Below, one piece after another: positions 11,932-23,074 of a stretch of DNA of 64,000 nucleotides. The stretch lies in NCBI GenBank assembly GCA_964016885.1, contig OZ024745.1, positions 134,106,001 to 134,170,000 on the forward strand, read 5' to 3'. The stretch's first letter is position 1, and each line of letters starts with the position of its first letter. A program made the translations under genes and the position numbers. The DNA is from Eledone cirrhosa. Taxonomy: Eukaryota. The notes beneath the pieces are model-generated. The model was not told the origin of the DNA and ran no database searches. It saw nothing but the letters and a program-made list of their open reading frames with translations.

Positions 11932-12116
11932 AAAAGTTTAAGCAAAGAATCACTGCTTTCACCCTTAACGGGATCTTCTGAAAGTTAAGGGTGAAAGCAG
12001 CGATTCTTTGCTTAAATTTTAATCTGTTATTTTAACGGTTTTATATATTTTATATATATTATCCTTATCGAGCCCTCTTGGGGTTTCACTCTTCACATTT
12101 ATTATTATTACTATAT
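11932..12116 (+). mobile_element. Second, very short copy of the same Penelope-like element (inverted hammerhead, then partial direct hammerhead and tail)
   Basis: 11935-11983 is the motif in reverse. From 11984 GTTAAGGGTGAAAGCAGCGATTC.. runs forward into the same tail (CCTTATCGAGCCCTCTT..TATTATTATTACTATAT) as 11664-11715. Confidence 0.7.
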
Positions 12117-12739
12117 TATATGTTCCAATGGAAACATATTGGAATTACAAGATGGTTGAATGGATGAATCTAGGACGGACGCTGGAGTAAATGCCAAAAG
12201 GTTTTTGAATTTATTTCTGAAGCTGAATTCAACCTTTGCCACGTTTGTCTTTATCGAGATTCTATGGTATGAATATGAGAGTAGCAATTGTTATACTGAG
12301 GTCAATTTATTCAACCATACCGCTCCTCCAAAACTACCTAATCAAATGAAATCAATAACTGGTACAACAAAAGATGAAGTGTTAGATTCAAGCATTAGCT
12401 GCGAAATTAGACACCAAACACTTGCTGTAATGTTTACAAATTTCATCGTTATAACTCCTTTAAACAGAAATGTAAATGCATAGACAACGACGGTATAGCT
12501 TTATTAACCGAACTTGTTATTATGTAGTCATATTATGAATCAATAATTATGTTTAGTTAAAAGGAAAGTAATCCCTCGCTGCAAAGAAATCGATAACTAA
12601 ATACCCAATTGACTGAGAAAATAAATTGAACGTTCAATGTAATTAAATATTGGAACAGTTTTAGATGATTACTTTCTTTTTTACTTTGGTTTTCATTCTT
12701 ACTTTTATGGCAGTCGAAGATAAATCTTATCCTAATACC

Positions 12740-12821
<82 letters not shown>

Positions 12822-13479
12822 CATTAACATTTGAATTGTTATCGCGTAAGTCTTTACTTATAGCCGTGTCCATCTTCGACATTCAGACAGTTAATTCTTC
12901 TTACAGAGGTGTAGAAGATAAACTCAGACGAAGTAAAACCTATCAAGAACTTCACATATATTCAAAACATCCTGTTTACAATATTTTTTTCTGTATTAAG
13001 TACTTTTTCTTACTTAAGCTTATCTGCTGAATTCAGAAGCAGAACTCCTTAAAACTTGAGAAAAACATATTTGAAGAAATGTGATGATAGAAAAGAATGT
13101 TGTCACATGACCAGGAATTCCGGAATTATAGCGGGAATGACGAGTGAAATAACAATTGTTTTATTTTAGATTACTTTTCTCTGTTTTTCTAAAAGGTGTT
13201 AAGAAAAAAAAAACAATACATCTGAACGGGATACATTGTCGCCTGAATCGACACAGTACGTCACTGCTCGTTATTTTCTCGTTGAAAAGACAAGCAAAGC
13301 TTACGTTAGCAGAACTTGATCTCAGAACGCAGGTCACTGAAAAATAGCGGAAAGTCTTCAGCTCTCCCACTCTTTTCATCGACTTTCAATTCAAAAATTG
13401 CGCCTCTCCGTCGTCGCTCAACCTGCTACACTCTATCTTCAAATCACACTCTAACGTTCTATGTAAGGACACATTAAAT

Positions 13480-13689
13480 GTGAAGGCGCATGGCTTAGTG
13501 GTTAGGGCATTGGGCTTGCAATCGAAAGGTTGTGAGTTCAATTCTCGGACCGGGTTATGTGTTGTTTCCTTGAGCAAGACACTTTATTTCACGTTGCTCC
13601 AGCTTACTCAGCTGTAGAAATGAGATGATAGGACTGCAGTCACCTAAGACATCTCCAACGAGATATACCTTGGAGGGGGTTCAGCTAAG
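13480..13689 (+). mobile_element. tRNA-derived CORE-type SINE, family B, 3'-shortened
   Basis: A box TGGCTTAGTGG, B box GAGTTCAATTCT, CORE-like CCTTGAGCAAGACACTTTATTTCAC. TSD CATTAAAT at 13472-13479 and 13690-13697. Confidence 0.85.
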
Positions 13690-13859
13690 CATTAAATAAT
13701 ATAATCCTTGGTACATTATTCATAAAATAAAAGGATGGGATTATTATTGTCGTCTGCTCGATCAGAGATTATATGGGGATAAGAACAAGAAACCATCTTT
13801 CTGTCTACATTTGTAAGACAGTTTATTCTATGTAGTACTACAGGAAGAGCACAGGATAT

Positions 13860-14123
13860 GTGTGTGACGTGTGTGTGTGACAGCTCACACCTATGCAGGT
13901 TTAGCTGGCCTCCTCCAAGGTATATCTTGTTGGAGGTGTCTTCGGTAATTTTAATGATAGGGACCCCAGTCCTATCATCTCATTTCTACAGCTGAGTAAA
14001 CTGGAGCAACGTGAAAGAAAATGTCTTGCTCAAGCAAACAACACATCACCCGATCCGAGAATTGAACTCACAACCTTTCGATTGCAAGCCCAATGCTCTA
14101 ACCACTAAGTCATGCGCCTTCAC
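13860..14123 (-). mobile_element. Family B SINE, full length, inverted relative to the previous copy
   Basis: Reverse complement of the same head and core, (CA)n-like tail, TSD AGGATA on both sides. Confidence 0.85.
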
Positions 14124-14132
14124 AGGATAGTA

Positions 14133-14426
14133 AACTTTCGGCTCTTGAATAATAGTCCACCCTCGCTTATTAAATTTTGCTAATCTATCTCCGGCGAAAT
14201 ATTATTTTAAGTGGTAGCATTCTTGCGGCAATTAATTTTCTTTATTCATTAAAAAACATTATATATGACAAAAAAGTACATTACTAGAAATCACACGTTA
14301 TAAAATAAATAGGATACAATATGTAAACTAAACGGCTAGTTCTGGTTTTTTAAGATCAACTGAGACAAAATACCGGTTGTTTCAACTCCCTGCTTATTCT
14401 ACTCCTCTCTTTGGGACCCGAGAGTA
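14133..14426. mobile_element. MITE family copy 1 (ends TACTCTCGG..CCGAGAGTA, left end decayed)
   Basis: Shares TTTGCTAATCTATCTCCGGCGAA..TTTTAAGTGGTAGCATT with copies at 41171, 46190 and 60872. Ends in GACCCGAGAGTA. Confidence 0.75.
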
Positions 14427-14567
14427 TGGGGTATAATGGAAACTCCATAAAAGATAATACTTCTTTGTGTAAGATAGAGGGAGCCTCTGTGTGGTTCCTA
14501 GATTTGCTAGAAATGCAACCATATCTATTATACTCTGCCATCTTAAAAAATGGACAAATTAAATAAT

Positions 14568-14762
14568 TGTTTCTACTTTTGGCACAAGGCCAGCAATTAC
14601 CCAGTGCATTACTGGTACTTTATTTTATCGACCCCGTAAGGATGAAAGGCAAAGTTAACCTCGGCGGGATTTGAACTCAGAATGGTAAGGGCCGTAATTG
14701 TTTGCATCAAAGCATGGCATCCGACCCTCTACCGATACTGCCAATCCACCACCCTGAATCGG
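14568..14762 (-). mobile_element. Family A SINE with 13-bp TSD
   Basis: Full reverse-complement copy. CAAATTAAATAAT at 14555-14567 and 14763-14775. Confidence 0.88.
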
Positions 14763-16665
14763 CAAATTAAATAATGTTTGCCTAAAAGCAAGACACTGTG
14801 ATCATGAATGGAATATTCTTATGGTTTCTTAATCGGAGTTTACTTCTAACAACAACCAATTTATGTCGTACTGCAACTGTTATCTACATCTTTATTGTTA
14901 TGTCATCTTTATTGTTAGATGAAAAGGAAAGGACCAACAGTGGCGGAAAACCTCATTATTTACTTCTACATATCTTTGTTCTGAGTCAGTACCGTAGCGA
15001 TTGTTATCTATGGCGTGGTTGTTGCTTGTTGAAAACTTAATATAAATCCAAATCCACACAACCACTTTCGGAGGTGACTTCAATGTTAATACATATTTTC
15101 AAGATAATAGAATTGAAAATACAAAATTAAATTTGAAATCCTTATGGATTTCTAGTTCTTTATCCAACTGTTCTGTGTTGAAATTTTGAGGTGAAATTTG
15201 TTATTGAGGATTTAACCCACTTCTCAAGATTAATATTAAATTACCCAGCCGTGCTTTCAATCACTTGAATACATCCTAGCAATCTTATAAGATAGATTCA
15301 ATAATATTAGCACTTATACCACTATTAAACCCAACAGAAACTGTTTTGCCAAAAGATATCAATAAAAAATAAACGTACATTTTCATTTGAAGATTAAGTA
15401 ATAAAAATTGAAGATGAGCAAGTTAAAGATTACTATATTTAAGAGTGAAAATCCTGCAGTCGGTGAAATAAGTACGGCTTGTGTACTTTGATTGATTTAA
15501 TTAATAGCCTATCTCTCAGATCGTCAGCGGCTGTTTGTCCAAGGCAAGATATTAGGTTTCGCAGGTTATTTCACTGAAAATGTGTATCACATGATGAAAA
15601 GCTCGCCACTGTGATGAGCAGAATTGTAACATTGAAAACATTTGGTGGGATGTCACATCCCTGAATTACACATAACTTAAACATATAACCAGATATGTTC
15701 TTCCTACTGGTCTCATTAGTATGATAGATTTTAGTTGCATAGAGAAAAAATAGAAATGAAAAATGTTGCGGGCTGTTTTTATTAATTTATTTTCGTATTA
15801 CCTCTTCATTTTAATTTTCAATATTGTTTCTTTTTTTAACGAAAACGAATGATTTCATTAATTAAATATGGCGGTCTTTTAGCTATGAGATAAGAGAGAA
15901 TTAATTGCGTAAGATAGGTGGAGCCATTCGTGAGATGAAGGAAAACAATATGAAATGTAAAATAAATCTGAGTCATTTACCTTTTTCGCAACCGAACTGA
16001 ACATCACACCAGTGCACATCATACAAAAAAAATGAATAATTAATTTAGATTTCTAGAATTCTCACCCACCCACACTTGATGATTTTAATATAAATCAATT
16101 GTCAGCATTCCTTCTCATTAAGGATACTCATTGTTATTATGCTTAGTGATTAATTCACTGGCTATGTTAATTACCTGCTATTATCAGGATTATATATATT
16201 TTTTTGTTGTTTAAAAAATATTCATAAATTGTAGAAATTGCTAATATTTTTTATAAGGTATCCGAATAATTTCTAACTTTCGTCAGCTGTGTGTGGGTGG
16301 TGTGATATAGCTAATTGAATTGACACCAGTACTCGACTGCTATGTAATTTGACTACGAAATGAACGAGCTAAAGAGAACCCTTCTATGTGGTCATACGAT
16401 CAATTTGAAGAAGCAACCAAACCATGACTTATCTTCTTAATAAAAATTGGACAATATAATCCTAGATACATTGTGTTTCGATTATCACTGCTTGAATTTC
16501 TTTAACCATATGCTACCTTGATTAGAGATGGCCTAGGGCTAAATGACAACTCTGAAATGATGATAAACAAATTGGCCAAAATTGAATTTAAACTTACAGT
16601 GTATAAAGATGTAACACAGCAAGACGTTTGTTGGCACTTCACCACTTTACCCTCTACAGTAATAA

Positions 16666-17046
16666 CAGTTTCTAATTTAGGCACAAGGTGAGACTGGTAT
16701 TTTATTTTATCGACCCCGTAAGAATGAGAGACAAAGCTAACCTCAGCGGGATTTGAACTTAGAACGTAAAGGGCCGTAGCTCTATGCAGCCAATAATGTT
16801 GTCCGACGCTCTATCGATACTGCCAATCGACCGCTCTCACCCTCTACAGTAATAATTGTTTCTATTTTTGGCACAAGGCCATCAATTTCCCAGTACATTA
16901 CTGGTACTTTATTTTATCGACCCCCGTAAGGATGAAAGGCAAAGTTAACCTCGGCGGGATTTGAACTCAGATCATAAAGGGACGTAACTCTATGCTTCAA
17001 AGAATGTTGTCCGACGCTTTACCGATACTGCCAATCCACCGCCCTC
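16666..17046 (-). mobile_element. Two head-to-tail family A SINEs separated and flanked by the same 17-bp sequence
   Basis: ACCCTCTACAGTAATAA at 16649, 16839 and 17047. SINE bodies at 16666-16838 and 16856-17046. Confidence 0.85.
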
Positions 17047-19434
17047 ACCCTCTACAGTAATAATATCTAAATAGTGTAAGTAAAATTACAATATTTTTTT
17101 CTATAAAACCACACCTGTCATCCACATTTTTCAAACAACTTGTCATAATCTCTGTATTTCTAGAGAATCTAAAGATTTGGCCTTCTTGACAACTTCAGTT
17201 TATTAACATAGATAGTCTTTAATACTCGGCCATGTTGTGCCTGTGAATTTGATTTATGTAGTGTTAGATTTTCCTTTCACTTAATTTGCGTAACTAATAT
17301 CTTCAAAATAGAGAGATGTCAGGCCATCTTATATCTTCTACCGTAGATTTACGTCCATGTAAGAAAACAATTAATCAGAAAACATATGAAAGTTATAGTC
17401 TTTCTGCCTCTCATTTATATCTACGGGTTTTGTGATGTGATAAAGTTATCATCAATATCATATTGTATGACCATATTAATTCTTTACCACTATTATTGTA
17501 GGTTTATGTTTCTGTGCACAGTGATTGATTAGACATAAGTTACACTAAGGCTGGTTTGTTATTTCTTTCCCTTTGCTACAGTCATCCTGTCAGATATTGA
17601 CTCTTTCAATCTCACCTGATATAATTCCAGACATCAATGTTGACAATATAAGTTTATTTCTTCTATATGGCAATTTGAAGGAGAATTGCAAATCAACTTT
17701 TCCCTTAAAATCTGCCTCTATTTTATTATATTTCCTAAAGTTTGAAGTTAAGTTTGCCTCGTTAAGTTCAAGTCTTGCCAGTATCGACTTTGATTTTCAT
17801 ACATCTGTGATCGATAAAATAAGTATAGTCCACATATAAGATATACTAAGGCGGAGTGTTGACAGTCATTGGAGAGCCAAATAGAATGTCGTACTGTTCT
17901 CTGCAGTTTTAGTTCAAATCCCACAAAGGACAACATTGTTTTCATCCTCCCGGGATTGATAAAGTACAATTACAAATACTGAGTTAATTCTCTCTCTCTC
18001 TCTCTCTCTCTCTCAGCTACGTTGCACCGTGAGCAATGGGGAAACACAGCGTCTGTTTATCAAGAAACATAGAAACGCTGTGTAGGGTGTGGCAGTCTCT
18101 TATAGAAAACATTGATATGGTAGTAAAACCATCGAAAATATGGATCAACGTGCAGCACTGCGTGGAACGGAGATATAGAAGATATAATGGGCTAGATTAA
18201 GTCTATGTTGGTATATCTTGTTGTATAATTGACTCTGTGACTAGTAAGAAATCAATAATGGTGGTGCTGTAGACCACCAAATGAAATGTTTTACACTATT
18301 TGACATCATATCTCTAAGTGCTTGCATTAAATCCTATTGAGACCGAGATAACCTATCCTCCCTCCGGTGTCGATAAAGAACTAATACCATGCTGTGGGCT
18401 ATTCACTAATTTTAAACCGCACACTCCTACAAAATTCAACGTTGTGCATTGACAAAAGAAATTCAATTTAAAAATCTATGGGTAATGTAATTAAATCGAA
18501 TTCTTTCGTTTTTCTTTTTACATTCAACGAAGACAGCGTAGGTAGAGGGAAGATAAAAGAATTTTTAAAAAATTCAGATGATCTTTTATGGCTTTGATTA
18601 AAGTAGATTTTTTTTCTTTTGAACAAATCCGTTTCTTCTTGTTTATTACATTTTACTGAATTCCAAGATAAATATAATACCGGCTAACGAATATACTATA
18701 ATAAGTTAACCTATATGAAAAGAATAGCATTAAGCACACTTCCTGTTTTCTGGTAAAGGCAAAGATAAGAGATACCATCCAACTGGTCTCAGACAGAAAT
18801 TTAGTTGAAAAATGACATATCTTTCAATGTTTAAATTTCATTTCTGTCAAATACGACTAAATAATAAATGATAAGCAGAAGATGTTTTCTTTCTATCGGG
18901 TTTTTGTTTTTGATTTTGTTGTGTTGTGATTGTTGTTTTTACTTTCTGTTCATATAATGTAAAATTAATCTTCTTTCTAATCATTAATATTACTTACAAA
19001 GTATTTGTATAAAATATCATATAGAACTATAAGACCCAGTTAATATTTGAAATGTAGGCTACTGTTCTACCATCCTAGCTTTTAATAAATTTTATCATTT
19101 TATAAACATTGACGTTTTCTTTTTTTACTTAAGGTAAAAAGAATCAAATTTTAGAATTAAATAAATTCATTTGTGTAACGTTCATGCCATTCTCTAACGT
19201 CGAGAGTTAGATTCCCCGTTGGTATTATTGAAGTAAAAGAACAGAAACATCTGCAACCAAAACATAATCCAGATTGCAGTTTCGACTCACTGATATCTTG
19301 CATTTTAATAGCTATCACTTCGTTTTACAATTAAATGGTTGCTACTGATGAAATGTCTGTTGTCGATTGATCTTTAGAATTCTCTCTTAGATCACGTTCT
19401 TAGAAAAAGAGGCAGATAAGAAAATGTCCTTCTT

Positions 19435-19650
19435 TGTCCACTGAGAGAGTGGTGGAGGCATACCTCAAACACTCCTTCCAGTCGGTCCTATCAGGAGCAA
19501 CCATTTCCAATCCCAAGCGAGATCAGCCGAGATCATGGATGTTATCCAACTATCTTGCTCGGGGTTTACCCCGAGGTATCCTGCCGGCTGGTCTTGCCGG
19601 TAAAATCTGTCCAGTGATTCTAAGACATTCTAACCACATAGCCATAGTAT
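19435..19650 (-). mobile_element. Decayed RTE-clade LINE 3' fragment
   Basis: Clear nucleotide similarity to 39232-39545 (GGTCCTATCAG..GCAACC, GTAAAATCTGTCCAG, AGACATTCTAACCACAT). Confidence 0.65.
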
Positions 19651-22600
19651 CGATACAATACGCTCACAACAATATCTACAATTTATTCCATAAATATTGT
19701 GTCGTTCATCACAGCTGTCATCGTTATATTTATATTGTTGCTACTGTTCAACTTGGCTGCCCCTCCTTAGAACTGGATGAACAACCTCATCCGTTCATAT
19801 CTACTGTTCTTTAAATCCCAGGTTTTAAAAAATACTTTTTTCACAATTATAACTGAACAATATAGGTTGTTGCAGTGAAAGTATCGACATAAGAATACTA
19901 TTCATGTGTGTGTCCAACGATAATCGTTGAAGACCATGATTGGCTACGTAATTCAGATTTATGTCTGTGAATGACTGATGAGACTAAAACTGGTATAGAA
20001 ATAACGGTGAAATGTAGGACAGATGTGTTGAACGTTTTCATTAGAGGTACCGGCTGGCCGAACTTTGCGGGAGTCACGTTTTATTGCCTGAATCATTGTT
20101 TTTTGTGGGAACTATGTACCTGATGAGAGTAAACCATTCGAATGTTGTGTGACAGACAGGATAATACTTGGATAGCAAATAAAAAGTGGATAGCAAATAA
20201 TTTTGTCAAACCTGTCATCTCTCGTGGGAAGGGAGTATTTTGTGGGCATTTTTGGCAGTTGCTGATGTGGGTAATATCTTCAAAATGGAGGTTTTGGAGA
20301 CATCCTTATCTTTTGTAATTAACAGGTTTTTAGTAGCTATTTTCTTTTCCAGAATAGCGGAGACATATCCTAAATGGAATCTGATGTATCTACCTCAGAT
20401 TCAGTGTTGTTGTTATCCTCCATTTTAAGAGATATGTATCCATGCATAATTTTCTGCCAATATGTGTTTCTCCCTCAGATTTCTATTGAAGTATCATAGG
20501 TTAGTCCAGCTACCCTTGTTACACAGAACGGCTGTATCTTTAGAGTACCTATTCAGGAATTCTTCACCTACTCTCAACAGGTTATTTTGCTGAGTGCACG
20601 TGTGATATACTCATTTCTCTCTTTACTATTCAGCTGGTGTTGTCTGAGTGATACGATGCCACACACAAAAGCCGTTTGTACTGGCCTTATGCATCTACCT
20701 TCATCCCTCCTCTAACATATTTTCTGCTCGTATCATTGTTGAAGTAGTGTATGTATATAAATAATGCTGCTTTAGGCCATTAACTTATAATGTTTTAATA
20801 AAATACAATAGAATTGTCTATACACATCTAATATATTATAGCACAGCTTGTTTGTAGCAATAATACTTAATGATATAAAATTGTGTTTGGTCGGTGTATA
20901 TTGTTGTATACTTCAGACACAGGCAGATGTTAGTTTTGTATAATTTAGTCAGACAATAGAAATAATTAATATCCATAGTTTATCCAAGTTAATTATGAAT
21001 GAGAAACAGAGGCAACTGAATGAGTTTAAAGTGGATGTTCGACGTTTGCCAGTATTTAGTCTGGGAGTGAAAAGCAACGCCTATGACCCTTCTTGCTTAA
21101 AGTCTTCTACTAGGAAAAGGGGAGGAAGTTCACCTTCGACTGGAGGTATGGTCTGAATGCTTGCAATATCGTGAATTCAAAGGCACCTAAAACAAAGTAA
21201 CTATCTAAAATCGGGGGACGGTTTAAGTCTACTAACCCAGAACAAATATACAGCAACGTTAATTCCCTGCCCTCGAATGATACTTTTTATCGATGTTCGA
21301 TGAAATTTGAACTCGAAGAGAGCCGGAATAACGCAGGACATTTTGTACTAAGTTGTGACGATTGCTGATGTGGGTAATATTTCGTCGTTTATAAATATTT
21401 ACAAGAGAATAGTGGGAGTGGAATGTTCCAGATTGAAAATGTTTACAAAAAGATTGACGAAGCGCTGTTTTAAGCAAATAGGAGACAAACGGTACTAATA
21501 AACGCCATTACACAAAGTTTTATGCAATTAGCATACTATCCGCAAACATAGAGGAGCAATGTCCGGTTGAGTAAATATTAAAGAGGCAGAGGGAGTGTGC
21601 TCGTCGTTGGTTAAAAATGATTGGTTTAGTCATTTTTATGATGGTCAATGTGTTTGTTTGTTAGGTCCTTGTCCCTGTGTTAACACAAATCTGCTATAAG
21701 ACGGATGTGTTTAGTCTAAGGGACATATGCTTGGGGATGAGCTTCTTAATTAGGACAGTGGATTTGCAGAACCGTTGGACAATGTGACAAAATACTTAGC
21801 TGTGTGTTGTTCTGCCACATTACGATCAAATTCTGCCGAGGCCAACTTTGCCTTTCGTCCTTCCGAGGTCGATAAAATAATAGACTTTTCCTTTTCCCCT
21901 AAATTGCTGGCCTTGTGCTTAAATTAGAAATCGTTATTTCATCGAATGTGAAAGGTCTTTGCCCCCAGTCTTTTACAGACACTTTTTCACTAGATTATTG
22001 ATATTTTATGTCAGCACCGGATTTCATGTTTTTGTTTTTATTCTGTGTATTATAAATATTGGGTCTTTTAAAGATTGCTGTAGAACCTGGACTACCATCC
22101 GTTTACTTACCTTTAATAAGATGGAATATGTATGGCGCTTGCTATCGCAGCAGATTTTACTAAATACTAATGTGTCTATTTTATTCTCTAAACTGAATAA
22201 CATAAATACGATTTACAGAGATGGCATCCTCAAACAATGGTGGAATCTTATCTGTTAATGATTTTATTATAGTAGTAGCTGCTACTCATAAATCAGTGAA
22301 TCGCGGTATTTTCATCGTATTCTCTACGTTCCTACCGATTGCACTCGTTATTTTACCCATCTGAAGTCGATAAAGTATTGACCAGTAATATACTGATAGT
22401 TGAAATCCCACTAAGGTCCTCTCTACCTTTCATTTCATAGGACTTGATAGAATAAATATCTGCTATGTGCTGAAATAGATTTCCTGCTCTACTCCAGCAA
22501 TAATTGGTCTCGTGCCTAGGTATTTCCTTGTTTTCTTATCAGTTATTTCCCTGTATTTATAGACGACTACCTCAGAAAACTTTCACATCTATATGACCAC

Positions 22601-23074
22601 GCAAACAAGTACTGAAATCTCCAGGTTTTATTGCTATATTTTTCTAAAAGTTTGCATTATCATTGATTTTTCTTTAAGTAAGATAACGTTGTTGTTAGCA
22701 TGAGTAAGTCTTCTAAGAAAATCTGGTGGCCATATCAGACTAGTTGTGTAGCTTCCTTTAATGAAAAAGCCAACAATATAGATATCTTCATTTAAAAACT
22801 TAGTGTGTTTTCATATCCGTACATACATCTGTATACTTACATCTGTGTATGCGTAGAAAGAATGCGTGTGTATATATATGTATATTCTAATGGAAGCGTT
22901 ATGTATTCGTGTGTGTTAATTGGATTATGTTTATGTCCTGTATATGACACAAAAAATAGTGGTTTCAATAATATATCCAAATATATATAATCTTGTAAAA
23001 AAACAACACGTGGTGTGTGTGTGTGTGTATGTGAATTTAGGGGTGGGAGAGTGCTAAACGCCCTCACGTAGATA

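Noticed and set aside
13480-13555. tRNA-Cys-like sequence (GCA at the anticodon position)
   Set aside because: No acceptor stem, and it continues into a SINE core with a TSD.
17581-17839. Strong-looking acceptor TTTCCCTTTGCTACAG followed by an open frame
   Set aside because: No good donor, and the peptide looks like antisense of decayed coding sequence.
19975-20160. Two CTGATGAG motifs, one with stem GAGT-AAACC-ATTC-GAA
   Set aside because: A15 and stems I/III cannot be completed. At best decayed hammerhead relics.
20995-21156. Short ATG-initiated frame with GAG|GTATGG donor
   Set aside because: A phase 1 donor is incompatible with the phase 0 exon at 26674, and there is no other support.
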